Assembly: GCA_007376265.1 (NCBI GenBank)
Contig: VMFW01000005.1
Location: forward strand, 198 to 64,197
Direction: 5' to 3'
DNA: 64,000 nt
Source: Parcubacteria group bacterium Gr01-1014_20
Lineage (GTDB): Bacteria > Patescibacteriota > Minisyncoccia > UBA6257 > 2-01-FULL-56-20
Part shown: piece after piece, positions 19,469 to 29,123 of the stretch
How positions within the stretch are numbered: position 1 is the stretch's first letter
Layout of the letters: each line of letters starts with the position of its first letter
The notes under the pieces: model-generated
The model's input: the letters and a program-made list of their open reading frames with translations, nothing else
Told to the model about the DNA's origin: nothing
Databases searched by the model: none
Translations under genes and position numbers: made by a program

Positions 19469-20197
19469 TTAGGACTCGTAGAGGGTGTAGCCGACTTTTT
19501 GGCCATCCTCGTAAAACATCTTAACGGTTTCGATCGAGAGCGTGTGGTGGTCATAGCCCACCATAGCTAGTTTTTTCAAGATGTCATGAGTAACGGTAAT
19601 GATATGGGCGCCAATTTCTTCGGCCTGATAGATATTGTAGAGTTCGCGGGTGGAAGCCCAGAGGAGCTCAAACTTCGGATATTTTGAAATCATTTCTTTG
19701 GCTTGGCGCATAATCGGCATGGGGTCGACGCCGGTATCGGCAATGCGGCCGGCAAAGACGGAGATAATAGCTGGGTTTTCCGGATTTAATGAGTTCACAA
19801 CCGTCTCAACTTGAGGAACGGTGAGGATGGCGGTCACGTTAAGCTTCACGCCGTTTCCCGAGAGTTTTTTTATAAGTCCGGCCGAAGACTCGCCCTTAGT
19901 ATTGGCGACCGGGATCTTTACGTAAACATTCGGAGCCCAGGCGGCGATGATTCTCGCCTGACGTTCCATCTCGTTGAATTCATCTGAGAAAACTTCAAAG
20001 GAGATGGGCTTGTCTTTAATGAAGGAGAGGATGTCTTTGGCAAATAAGGCATAGTCGGTAACACCGGCTTTGCGCATGAGCGTGGGATTGGTGGTTAGAC
20101 CCTTAATAAATGACTCCTTGGCTAGGGCGATCATGCCATCGCGCTCGGCGCCATCGGCAAAGATCTTTACCTTTAATTCTTCTACCTTTTTAGGCAT
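19469..20197 (-). CDS. transaldolase / fructose-6-phosphate aldolase family (short TalC/Fsa type)
   Basis: 242 aa. VKIFADGAE...GLTTNPTL motifs. Confidence 0.75.
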   Translation of the reverse strand: MPKKVEELKVKIFADGAERDGMIALAKESFIKGLTTNPTLMRKAGVTDYALFAKDILSFIKDKPISFEVFSDEFNEMERQARIIAAWAPNVYVKIPVANTKGESSAGLIKKLSGNGVKLNVTAILTVPQVETVVNSLNPENPAIISVFAGRIADTGVDPMPIMRQAKEMISKYPKFELLWASTRELYNIYQAEEIGAHIITVTHDILKKLAMVGYDHHTLSIETVKMFYEDGQKVGYTLYES

Positions 20198-20236
20198 CTT
20201 TTGATGCTACGACGAAAGGGGCTCTCTTGTAAAGAG

Positions 20237-21244
20237 TTAGAGTCTGATACTCTTCTTACTTTTTGACGAGACGTAGATGGCCTCAACAATCTGGTTGGCC
20301 CTTAACCCATCTTTGGAAGTGCCTACTATTTTTGCTTTTTTGTTTAATGCTTTCAAGAAATTTCCCCACTCTTCTTCCCAGCTTGTGTCTCTTCCGAACT
20401 CAAAAGTTTTCATACCTGGAACACCAAACTCTGGCTTTCTCTTGCCGAACATAAGCGTTTCTTTGCCGTAACTGCCACCTTTGCCATCAATCGTTAAAAA
20501 ACCTTTGTCACCGAAAATCTCAAAGGAGAACAGGTTTTTCCATTGTGTGGCGCTAACATGAAGGCTAGCCGTGACGGCTTTATTTTTCAAAATCATGAAA
20601 GCGTTGTCTTCGACCTTGGCTTTCCAAAACTTTGTTTCAACAGCCCCAAAAACTTCGTTGAACTCTCCGGCGAAGAAACGACAGAGATCGATGAGGTGAA
20701 CACCCTGGTCAAGCAGCTCGCCACCGCCCGACATGTCTTTACTAAAACGCCACTCATGCTCCATACCCTTTCTGCCGCCCTGGCCATACCTCCCCCTAAT
20801 AAACATGATTTTGCCAATACCCCCTCGATCAAAAATTTCTTTGGCTTTAATGATGGCGGCGTGAAAACGGTGGTTGAAACCTACTTTAACCAAGCGTTTG
20901 TATTTCAAGGCAGCGGCGATAATTTTTTTCGCTTCGGCGACATTCCGGCCGAAAGGCTTTTCGCAAAGAAGATGCTTGCCATTCTGCAAAGCTTCGATGG
21001 CGATCGGGGCTAAAAACTTATTGGGGACGGAAATAATAACCACGTCGACATCCTTCCGTTTGGCTAGCGATCGCCAATCTTTTTCGACTTGAGCTTGGTG
21101 TTTCTGGGCTAGAGCTTCGGCTTTTTTTATATCGATGTCGGTTACGGCGACAAGCCGACTACCTCGGGTAGCACTAATAGCCTCGGCTCGGCGGTAGCCC
21201 ATGAGACCGGAACCGACAATGCCGACCTTAATTATTTTTCCCAT
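20237..21244 (-). CDS. Gfo/Idh/MocA-family NAD(P)-dependent oxidoreductase
   Basis: MGKIIKVGIVGSGLMGYRRAEA...EKP Rossmann N-terminus. 335 aa. Confidence 0.75.
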   Translation of the reverse strand: MGKIIKVGIVGSGLMGYRRAEAISATRGSRLVAVTDIDIKKAEALAQKHQAQVEKDWRSLAKRKDVDVVIISVPNKFLAPIAIEALQNGKHLLCEKPFGRNVAEAKKIIAAALKYKRLVKVGFNHRFHAAIIKAKEIFDRGGIGKIMFIRGRYGQGGRKGMEHEWRFSKDMSGGGELLDQGVHLIDLCRFFAGEFNEVFGAVETKFWKAKVEDNAFMILKNKAVTASLHVSATQWKNLFSFEIFGDKGFLTIDGKGGSYGKETLMFGKRKPEFGVPGMKTFEFGRDTSWEEEWGNFLKALNKKAKIVGTSKDGLRANQIVEAIYVSSKSKKSIRL

Positions 21245-22068
21245 TTGATTCTTCTTAGGGTAAAGGCATCACTTCGACTGATTTTTTCTACCTCCTCTTT
21301 GGTCCAATCATCGTATTTGTCCCAAACAGCACTCAAGAATTTTCCCGTAAGGCCGTCGGAGCCAGATGAGGCCAAAAAGAGGCACAGGTCTGCGGCTTTT
21401 TCCGGGGAGACTCCGCCGTCTTTCTTTTGTTTAAGTAGTTCTTCATATTTTTCTTTTCCCAGTTTGCTCTCGCCAGCCGATAGGGCATCCTCTAAGAATT
21501 TGGTGTTGACCGGGCCGGGAGCAATGCAGTTTATATCAACATTATAGCCTTTAACTTCGGCGGCAAGGGTCTCGGTTAGTCGAACAATTGCCCCCTTCGA
21601 AGAGTTGTAGGCACTAAAATTAGGAAGGGGGCCGTCACCGCCACCGGAAAAGTTGATAATCTTACCGGATTTTCTTTCGATCATTTTCGATAAAACTGCT
21701 TGAATCATTTGAAAAGTTCCAAACACGTTGATTTCGTAAGTTTGCTTCCAATGTTTAATGTCAACTTCAGCCGAAGGGCCGATGGGGCCATAAATGCCGG
21801 CCGAATTAACCAAAATGTCGACGGGCTTAAAAGTTTTTTCGGTTTTTGAAACCAAGGCCAGACAGTCTTCGATTTTGGAAACATCGGCTACCTGGCAGGC
21901 GACTTCAGGAGAAATTGTTTTTAATTCTTTGAAGGCCCTCACGAGTTCATCTTCTCGCCGAGCCGAAATCATGACACGGGCGCCTTCTCTTAAGTAGGCC
22001 TCGGCTATCTTAAAACCGATGCCGCCACTACCGCCCGTAATTATGGCTACCTTACTTTTTAGCTTCAT
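21232..22068 (-). CDS. short-chain dehydrogenase/reductase (SDR)
   Basis: KVAIITGGSGGIG...NSAG...YNSSK catalytic pattern. Confidence 0.75.
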   Translation of the reverse strand: MKLKSKVAIITGGSGGIGFKIAEAYLREGARVMISARREDELVRAFKELKTISPEVACQVADVSKIEDCLALVSKTEKTFKPVDILVNSAGIYGPIGPSAEVDIKHWKQTYEINVFGTFQMIQAVLSKMIERKSGKIINFSGGGDGPLPNFSAYNSSKGAIVRLTETLAAEVKGYNVDINCIAPGPVNTKFLEDALSAGESKLGKEKYEELLKQKKDGGVSPEKAADLCLFLASSGSDGLTGKFLSAVWDKYDDWTKEEVEKISRSDAFTLRRIKWEK

Positions 22069-22071
22069 AAT

Positions 22072-23382
22072 TTAATTTCGACCAGTACCTAAGTAGATAA
22101 AGCCGACTTTTTTGATTTCATCTTCTTTATCCCAAAAGAAATTGTTCGTGTCAAAGAAGAGGGCTCCGGGTTTTGCTAGAGTCGAGAGTTTTGATAAATC
22201 TAGGTTTTTAAAACTTGGCCACGGCGTTATAAAGATTAAGGCGTCAGCCCCCTCGACGGTTTTATATGGGTCCATGGAAAAGTCGAACTGGCCGTAGGTT
22301 GAAACCTCGGATATGTCCGCCTCCGGATCGTGAAGCTTCAGAATGGCGCCTAGTTCTTTTAACTCTTTGGCAACTTCCATAGAGCGAGAACGGCGAAGGG
22401 TTTTGGTGCCAACCTTGTAGGTGAGACCAAAGATACCGACCGTTTTGTCCGTTATTGAATTCAGGCAACTTTTTATTTTAGAGATAGCTAAATCTTTTCT
22501 GGATTCGTTCTTAGAGAAAACGTTTTTGATTATAGGTAGATCTAGGTCTCCTTCGCTCGCTAGACTCATCAGGATCTTTAGATCTCGCCCGAGAGTGGCG
22601 CCAGAAAATCCTAAACCAGCATCTAAGAAGGCTTTGGGTCCAATGCGAGGTTCGGAACGAAGGGCGCGACTAACAGAGAGGACATCCGCTCCGGTTTTCT
22701 CGCAGGCGTCGGCAATGTCATTTATAAAACTTACCGAAGTAGCCAGGAAGCTGTTTATGGCGTGCTTCGACATTTCGGCTGATGCCGGAGACATTTCCAA
22801 GAACTCGGCTTTCAAGCCAGAGAAGATATCTTTGAGTTTTTGAGAGGCGCTCATACTATCGGTGCCGATAATTATCCGAGTGGGATTAAAAAAACATTTC
22901 ACGGCTTCTCCGAGCCGAAGGTTTTCGGGGGTGTAGGCGTAGTCGAAGTTTAAATCGGGACGTTTTGTTTTTATGAATTCACACATTTTCTTAGAGGTTC
23001 CGATGGGGATTTGGCTCGTCATAACAATGAGAGTCGCTTCGCTGATAAAAGGGAGGGATTTTTCCAGGTTTTGCCAAATGGGACTTAGGTCAACCTCATC
23101 CGCGTCGTTGACTGGGGTGTCAAAAGTAAACCACAGAACATTGCAATTTTTTATTTCTTCAAAATTGGTAGAAAAACTCAACCGGCCAGCCGAAAAGTTT
23201 TTTTGGATCAGCTCCTGAAGTTCTGGTTCTGGCAGCGGGGGGAGGGCTTTTTTAAAATTATCGATTAGGGCGTTGTCTTCAGAAATTCCGACTACCATGT
23301 GCCCTAAATCGGCTAGACCGGCAGAGTAAATTTCACCAAGATGCCAAAGCCCAAGAATGGCAATTTTATATGGGGATGCCAT
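22072..23382 (-). CDS. nucleotide-sugar 6-dehydrogenase (UDP-glucose/GDP-mannose dehydrogenase family)
   Basis: 436 aa. N-terminal IAILGLWHLGEIYSAGLADLGH Rossmann with central and C-terminal UDPG_MGDP_dh-like regions. Confidence 0.7.
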   Translation of the reverse strand: MASPYKIAILGLWHLGEIYSAGLADLGHMVVGISEDNALIDNFKKALPPLPEPELQELIQKNFSAGRLSFSTNFEEIKNCNVLWFTFDTPVNDADEVDLSPIWQNLEKSLPFISEATLIVMTSQIPIGTSKKMCEFIKTKRPDLNFDYAYTPENLRLGEAVKCFFNPTRIIIGTDSMSASQKLKDIFSGLKAEFLEMSPASAEMSKHAINSFLATSVSFINDIADACEKTGADVLSVSRALRSEPRIGPKAFLDAGLGFSGATLGRDLKILMSLASEGDLDLPIIKNVFSKNESRKDLAISKIKSCLNSITDKTVGIFGLTYKVGTKTLRRSRSMEVAKELKELGAILKLHDPEADISEVSTYGQFDFSMDPYKTVEGADALIFITPWPSFKNLDLSKLSTLAKPGALFFDTNNFFWDKEDEIKKVGFIYLGTGRN

Positions 23383-23394
23383 TGAGTCGTATAC

Positions 23395-24381
23395 TTAAAA
23401 ATCAACGAGAACCTTAGAGCCCTCAAAGTCGAAGCGATAGCTCATTTCTCTCAAGCCCAACCCTCTCATGGCTTCCCGGAACTTCTTTTTGTTGTCTTCG
23501 ATGTAGAAAGTGAAGAAGCCTCCTCCGCCAGCACCAGAAATTTTGCCACCTAAAGCGCCATTTTGCTTGGCGTTCTCGTAGATTTTATCGAATTTTTCGT
23601 TGGTTATGCCGCCGGCGAGCTTTTTCTTGTGAGCCCAGTGAGCATCGAAGAGTCGGCCAACTTCGGTAATATTGCCGGATTCTACGGCTTCAAGGATTTC
23701 GTACCCTAACTCCTTGATATAGTGCATGCTCTCAGTAACATCTTTGTTGTCTACCCTCAGGGCGCTTGAGGTACTAGTTAAAATCGGGTCGGCGCTTCTC
23801 GTGTCTCCAGTGAAAAAAATCAGAAGATTATTATTCAGATCGTCGGCTACCTCTTGTGAGACGTTAGCTTTTCTAACTTTTACTTTACCGTCTTTTTCAA
23901 TTTCGAGAACCGTCAATCCTCCGAAAGCGGCCATATAGCCGTCTTGTTTACCGATGGGTCTTTTTAAGACTTCGGCTTCCACCCGAAAGTCTTCTTCGGC
24001 TAAATCTCCCAGAGAGACATAGTCCCTTTTTAAAACGTGGAGGGCGTGCAAGAGACCCACGGTGTAACAGCTGGAGGAACCGAGGCCAGTGCCGGCTGAA
24101 ATATCGGCGATAGAGCTAATCTCAATCCCCTTCTCGACACCCATCATTCTTAAAACCTCGCGGGCGATTTCGTGCTGAATTTCGTCCAAGCGCTCGACGG
24201 TTTCGGCTTTGGAATACTTTAAGCGGATGAGGTCGTCGACAACCGGCCGATTCACATCAACAAACATATATTTGTTAATGCCAGCCGAAAATATAAAACC
24301 GCCATATTTCTCGTAGTAGGACGGCAGATCGGTGCCGCCACCGCCCAAGGTAACCCTGAATGGGGTGCGAGTGACAATCAT
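23395..24381 (-). CDS. GHMP-family sugar kinase, HddA-like (D-glycero-D-manno-heptose 7-phosphate kinase family)
   Basis: MIVTRTPFRVTLGGGGTDLP...GTGLGSSS GHMP motifs. Paralog of 44333..45328. Confidence 0.65.
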   Translation of the reverse strand: MIVTRTPFRVTLGGGGTDLPSYYEKYGGFIFSAGINKYMFVDVNRPVVDDLIRLKYSKAETVERLDEIQHEIAREVLRMMGVEKGIEISSIADISAGTGLGSSSCYTVGLLHALHVLKRDYVSLGDLAEEDFRVEAEVLKRPIGKQDGYMAAFGGLTVLEIEKDGKVKVRKANVSQEVADDLNNNLLIFFTGDTRSADPILTSTSSALRVDNKDVTESMHYIKELGYEILEAVESGNITEVGRLFDAHWAHKKKLAGGITNEKFDKIYENAKQNGALGGKISGAGGGGFFTFYIEDNKKKFREAMRGLGLREMSYRFDFEGSKVLVDF

Positions 24382-24413
24382 GCCTCCATGTTATCCCAAA
24401 CAAACTAAATTGT

Positions 24414-25349
24414 CTATTTCAGGCGGCCAAGTTCTTTTTCTTTGCTTAGAAAGTCTACCAGCGCCTGGATTCCCTCTTCGATGCCGGTTTTTGGAGACCA
24501 TCCGATTTTTCTGGCTTCGCTTATGTCAGCTAGAGTAATTTGGGCTTCACCCGAGAGGTTAGGTTTAAAAACCGGATCAACACTAGAGGCTAGTAATTTT
24601 TTTATGACGTTATAAATTTCGAGGATGGAGTTGTTGGTGCCACTCCCAAGATTAAAAACCTTGCCGTCGGTTCTGGGGTCGGTAATACAAAGCAACATAA
24701 AATCGTTGAAGTCTTCGATATACAGGAAGTCTCGCCGCTTGGAACCGTCGCCGTAGATTATGGGTTGTTCGCCTTTGAGGAGTTTAATGATGAAGGCTGG
24801 CATGGATGGAGGAATGGTGCGCCGATAGTCTTGCTTAGAACCGTAGACACTAAAGGGTCGGATGCCGGTTGAAACAACGCCGTGAAACTCGGCGTACTTT
24901 CTTGCAAACAGATTGCCGCAAACCTTACTAACGGCATAAAAACTGTCGGGGGCGACGTTGGCTTCTGGGGTCGGAAAGATATCAATGCCTTCATAAACAG
25001 CGGAAGACTCGGCATTGACAACTTTGCTCACTTTAGCTCGGCGAGCGGCTTCGAATACGTTCGCGGTTCCCACGACGTTGATATCGGCAGTTTCAACTGG
25101 ATCTTCTTGGCAGTCCTCAATGCAGTTTTTGGCCGCTAAGTGAAAAACGGCGTCAACCCCGTGGAATAGAGGGTATATATCTTTGGATCGGATATCGAGT
25201 TTGTGAAAATCGACCCCCTTAGGAATCTGCTCGAAGACACCATAGGACAAGTTATCGATGCCTAAAACTTCGTAGCCGCTACCCAATAACCGATCGGCAA
25301 GGTTCGAACCAATGAACCCGGCGACTCCGGTTACGAGAACCTTTTTCAT
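24414..25349 (-). CDS. NAD-dependent epimerase/dehydratase (UDP-glucose 4-epimerase-like)
   Basis: MKKVLVTGVAGFIGSNL...YAVSK. Confidence 0.7.
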   Translation of the reverse strand: MKKVLVTGVAGFIGSNLADRLLGSGYEVLGIDNLSYGVFEQIPKGVDFHKLDIRSKDIYPLFHGVDAVFHLAAKNCIEDCQEDPVETADINVVGTANVFEAARRAKVSKVVNAESSAVYEGIDIFPTPEANVAPDSFYAVSKVCGNLFARKYAEFHGVVSTGIRPFSVYGSKQDYRRTIPPSMPAFIIKLLKGEQPIIYGDGSKRRDFLYIEDFNDFMLLCITDPRTDGKVFNLGSGTNNSILEIYNVIKKLLASSVDPVFKPNLSGEAQITLADISEARKIGWSPKTGIEEGIQALVDFLSKEKELGRLK

Positions 25350-25395
25350 AAAGTATAGGGTAGCATGGCAAAAACTAGGTGTCTAACACACCGTC

Positions 25396-26265
25396 CTACA
25401 AGCGATCATACTTACTCTTTCGGTAGGATAGAAAAAGGGGCATAAGAACCCAGGAAAAGGGCGGGGTCTTTAGGAAGATCCCCAAGATTTTCATTCGGCG
25501 CCAATGAGCTCTAAGCACTTCGATAGTTTTTGAATACTTCTCGCGATCGGTTTTGGAAAACCAAGATTCAACAATATCCAACATTTTCGGAAATTGCTCG
25601 GCGGTGCGAATCAGGTAGTCACTTCGGTAGGAGTCGTTAGTCGTGTGAAGCCGGAGTAGACCAACAACTTTGTCGAGGTAGTAAAATTGGGCACCGTGAT
25701 AGGCAAGATTAATCCAAACATAGTGTTCATCGCAGGCGTACCAGCCCTCTTCGAAAGCGCCGAACTTATCAAAAAACTCTTTTCTCACCAAAACAGTTAG
25801 AACATTAATGAAATTTTGAGGGAGAACTTGCTCGAAAATGTTGCCAGAAAATCGGGGTTGATCGTTTTTGTAAAGAGTAGCGGTGTCGCTCCCGTAAAAA
25901 TAGTGAATCTTAGCGTAGGAAACACCACATTCGGGATGAGCTTCCATGAAGGCAACTTGGTCTTCGATTTTATTTTTTAGAAAAATATTGTCGGCGTCCA
26001 AGAAAGCGACGTACTTACCGGCGGCCTGCCGGATGCCAGCGTTTCTGGCTGAAGCCATTTTCTGATTGGTCTGGAAGATGTATCGGATGCGACGATCTTT
26101 TTCGGCATAGCTTTTTGCGATGTGGGCGGTTGCGTCAGTCGATCCATCATCAACGATAATTAGTTCCCAATTCGAATAAGTTTGGGCGATGACGCTTTCG
26201 ATCGTCTCCCGCAGAAAACCGGCAGCGTTGTAGGCGGGAATAACGATGGAAACCAGAGGTTTCAT
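25396..26265 (-). CDS. glycosyltransferase family 2
   Basis: Track ORF 25396..26397 trimmed to internal start MKPLVSIVIPAYN (26265). The longer form would overlap the upstream gene by ~130 nt. IVDDGSTD...DADN motifs. Confidence 0.7.
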   Translation of the reverse strand: MKPLVSIVIPAYNAAGFLRETIESVIAQTYSNWELIIVDDGSTDATAHIAKSYAEKDRRIRYIFQTNQKMASARNAGIRQAAGKYVAFLDADNIFLKNKIEDQVAFMEAHPECGVSYAKIHYFYGSDTATLYKNDQPRFSGNIFEQVLPQNFINVLTVLVRKEFFDKFGAFEEGWYACDEHYVWINLAYHGAQFYYLDKVVGLLRLHTTNDSYRSDYLIRTAEQFPKMLDIVESWFSKTDREKYSKTIEVLRAHWRRMKILGIFLKTPPFSWVLMPLFLSYRKSKYDRL

Positions 26266-26266
26266 C

Positions 26267-26974
26267 TTATATTTTCTTGTCTTTGATGTCGGACAGCCAG
26301 GCCTCAAGTATTTTAACTTCGCTACCCACCATGGATTTTTCCAGGATTTTCTTGATGATGTCGGGATAGTCGCTCTCGCCTCTAGACTTTTTCGCATAAC
26401 AGACGATATTGGGGAGAAAATTAAACCCGAATTTACTTAAGTTTTTTAGGGCGCCTTCGGCTTTTGAAAGGCCGATCGATTTGGCGAGCGGGATTTTGCT
26501 CTCTAGGTTGTTAGAGAATTTTTCAAACTTGAAGTCATCAAACCCGATTTTACTCAGCACATAGCGATACTTGGTTTCAGACCAAAAATCTTTGTGGTAG
26601 GCCCAAGAAGCTTCGTGGGAGCCAAAAATGTGCCGACCGAGAACAAATTGATCATCCAGAGACGCCTTCACAAATTTCTTGGCAGACTCTTCAAAATCCG
26701 GAGTTTCGACAACTAGAAGTCCCCCAATTTTTAGCCAGCGATGCCATCTCGCAATCAGGAGCAAGGCTTCTTGTCTCGAAAAATGCTCAAGGAGATGGTG
26801 CGACCTAATTTCATCAACAGTATTGGTTTCGTAATCAAGGTCACGGACGTCGGCATAGAGATCGGCTCTGACCTCCTGGGCGGTGTGTTCGCTCGGGGGT
26901 AGGTCTATATTGATATAGCCGGGCAAGTATTTTTCCTGGCAGCCGAGGTGAAGTTTAATTTTTTTTTCTTCCAT
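26267..26974 (-). CDS. class I SAM-dependent methyltransferase
   Basis: 235 aa. LHLGCQEKYLPGYINID...HLLEH pattern (Methyltransf_11/23-like). Confidence 0.55.
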   Translation of the reverse strand: MEEKKIKLHLGCQEKYLPGYINIDLPPSEHTAQEVRADLYADVRDLDYETNTVDEIRSHHLLEHFSRQEALLLIARWHRWLKIGGLLVVETPDFEESAKKFVKASLDDQFVLGRHIFGSHEASWAYHKDFWSETKYRYVLSKIGFDDFKFEKFSNNLESKIPLAKSIGLSKAEGALKNLSKFGFNFLPNIVCYAKKSRGESDYPDIIKKILEKSMVGSEVKILEAWLSDIKDKKI

Positions 26975-26976
26975 GA

Positions 26977-28023
26977 CTACAGTTGTAACCCGAGATGTTT
27001 AAATAGCGACTGAAACCTTTTTTCATAGGTGTGCTCGGAGAGAGTGCGTTTATAACCGGCCTCAGCTATTTTTTCTCTCTCGCTCGCGTGAGTTAGATAA
27101 TATCTTATTTTTTCCTCGAGGTCACCAAGGGACCGGTAAAAGACCATTTCCTCGTTTTCCTCATAGTAACTACCAATATCTTCCGAATAACCGGAGATGG
27201 TAAAGGCCCGACAACCGGCTAGTTCGAAGGGGCGGGCATGGGTGTGGGGGATTGGGTAGTGAAGGTAGGCTCGGAGATTATCGACAATATGAAAGTCTGG
27301 TTTTATGGTGTCGACTGATTTTCTGAAAAGAATTCTACCCAAAACATTTCGATCCGCAAGGCTTCCGCGCGCATTAATGTTCAAATTGATTTTGCTACGA
27401 CTAAAGACTTGGAGCATTTCTTCTTGAGAAACCTTGCCGCCAGGCCATCCGAAACCGAAAGCTTTAACGCTGATGCCGTGGCAAGCTAGGTGTTCGACGA
27501 CCCGACCGCGGCCAGATTTATATTGACCCACAAAACCAACCTCGATGTCTTTTTCAGTTTGGACGGGTTTATAAAGTTTGACGTTACAGGCCCACTGGGA
27601 AAGAAGGACGTTCTTATATCCCGCTTGCCGATACCAGTCTACGGCCTTCGAGTAAGTGGTAACAACTAAATCAAAATAGGGCGCCCAGTTTTTGGAGTAG
27701 TTCCAAAAGCGCCAGTAGTCGTCAGCGAACCAAGCAACCGTTCTTGTTCGACCCCCAGTTTTAATCTTTTCTAAAACCGCCTTGTCTAGCTCGTCGGTGT
27801 ACATAAAGGCGAAAAGCAAGTCGGGTTTTTCTTTATCTACGAGCTCAAGCAACCTTTTGTTGAACTTGTCTAAACCAATTTCCGGAATAACATCAAAGGG
27901 GTATTCAATGACTTCTACCCCCGGCAAGGTCTTTAGGGTGAGGTAAAAATTCGTGTACTCAAAGCTCGGCCTTCTAGTTGAACCGTAGGCGTCGTAGTGA
28001 ATGCCAGTATAGACAATTTTCAT
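26977..28023 (-). CDS. CgeB-like glycosyltransferase (DUF3880 + GT1-like C-terminal domain)
   Basis: 348 aa. VGFVGQYKSGRGRVVEHL...SKINLNIN pattern resembles the spore-maturation CgeB family. Confidence 0.45.
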   Translation of the reverse strand: MKIVYTGIHYDAYGSTRRPSFEYTNFYLTLKTLPGVEVIEYPFDVIPEIGLDKFNKRLLELVDKEKPDLLFAFMYTDELDKAVLEKIKTGGRTRTVAWFADDYWRFWNYSKNWAPYFDLVVTTYSKAVDWYRQAGYKNVLLSQWACNVKLYKPVQTEKDIEVGFVGQYKSGRGRVVEHLACHGISVKAFGFGWPGGKVSQEEMLQVFSRSKINLNINARGSLADRNVLGRILFRKSVDTIKPDFHIVDNLRAYLHYPIPHTHARPFELAGCRAFTISGYSEDIGSYYEENEEMVFYRSLGDLEEKIRYYLTHASEREKIAEAGYKRTLSEHTYEKRFQSLFKHLGLQL

Positions 28024-28024
28024 A

Positions 28025-29122
28025 TTAGAAATATGATTCGAAAATACTTACGAGTCGTTCAGTATGTTTTTCCTTGCTAAACTTTTCTTGGTAATCCTCG
28101 GAATTCAGGAACTTCACTATATTTTCTGTGTAATTCATGTAGGTGTTTTCGTCCATGTTCTTTAGATGATAATCCAACTCCTTAAGATTCTTGAACTTCC
28201 TAAAATCTATAAAACAACTACTCGGAACATAGCTGGCTATGTCTGGCGCCCCAAAGTAGATGGGTACTGAACCGGCAAACAGTGCATCTATGATTTTTTC
28301 GGTTATGTATCCGCCGTAAGTACAATTTTCGAAAGACAGATTAAACTTGTAGTTTTGTAGGGTCTTGAATTTGTTTGTCACCTCCCCTCGATAGCTTACT
28401 TTTATATTCTTGCCGTATTTACCAAAAGTATACCGAACTGGTTTTTGCCAGTCGTGACCATAAAGATCAAACTTTGGATCGTGGGAAAAATACTCAATAA
28501 GCTTGAGTCTTTCCTTGTAGAGCTCAACATTGGTAAAAGTGGGAAGGGGGTGAATCGGGTTCATAATGTACGAATAGAGCCTCTTTAGTTTGTGGATTCT
28601 CTTATTGGCACTAATCAGGCTCAAGTATTTGGGTCGGGCAAAATTTCCCGGCACTATGTCCTCTCTTGTGTAAGATTGAGGGCAAACAAAGGGGTGAAAT
28701 TTGGTTTTGGGAGAAACGGAGTTTGCCGCACCTCCAGCCATGAAGGTATGGTCAAAGTAGGCAGTTTCTTTTTTTAAATTATAAAAGAAGCGGACTGGGT
28801 AAATAGGGCCTTCGATTACCATTAAGACTGCTGGATGAAGACCGGTGTTAATTAGAAGTTCGGTGTCATCCGAAATACAATCATCACGGACAAGAATGGC
28901 TTTGGGCAGTTCACTTCTAAACCTTAGATAAATGTCGGGGGTTAAGAGCTGAATGCCTTTTTTCAAACACTCCTCGTAAAGATAGGGGGTGATCCCGGTG
29001 TGTTCGCCATTCGAGGGACTTTTCTCAAATAGCAGATTCTTTACCCCGAAAGGGTTAGTGCGATAACCAGCGTTATAAACCACTATTTTTTTGTCTTTTA
29101 TTTGCTCGAGAGAAATCTCCAT
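28025..29122 (-). CDS. GT10-family alpha-1,3/4-fucosyltransferase-like glycosyltransferase
   Basis: 365 aa. KFNLSFENCTYGGYITEKIIDALFAGSVPIYFGAPD matches the conserved FENS..GY[VI]TEK motif of GT10 fucosyltransferases. Confidence 0.6.
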   Translation of the reverse strand: MEISLEQIKDKKIVVYNAGYRTNPFGVKNLLFEKSPSNGEHTGITPYLYEECLKKGIQLLTPDIYLRFRSELPKAILVRDDCISDDTELLINTGLHPAVLMVIEGPIYPVRFFYNLKKETAYFDHTFMAGGAANSVSPKTKFHPFVCPQSYTREDIVPGNFARPKYLSLISANKRIHKLKRLYSYIMNPIHPLPTFTNVELYKERLKLIEYFSHDPKFDLYGHDWQKPVRYTFGKYGKNIKVSYRGEVTNKFKTLQNYKFNLSFENCTYGGYITEKIIDALFAGSVPIYFGAPDIASYVPSSCFIDFRKFKNLKELDYHLKNMDENTYMNYTENIVKFLNSEDYQEKFSKEKHTERLVSIFESYF

Positions 29123-29123
29123 A

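Noticed and set aside
26266-26397. N-terminal 44-aa extension of the GT2 at 25396 (track ORF to 26397)
   Set aside because: It would overlap the upstream methyltransferase gene by ~130 nt. A conserved GT2 N-terminus begins at the internal Met at 26265.
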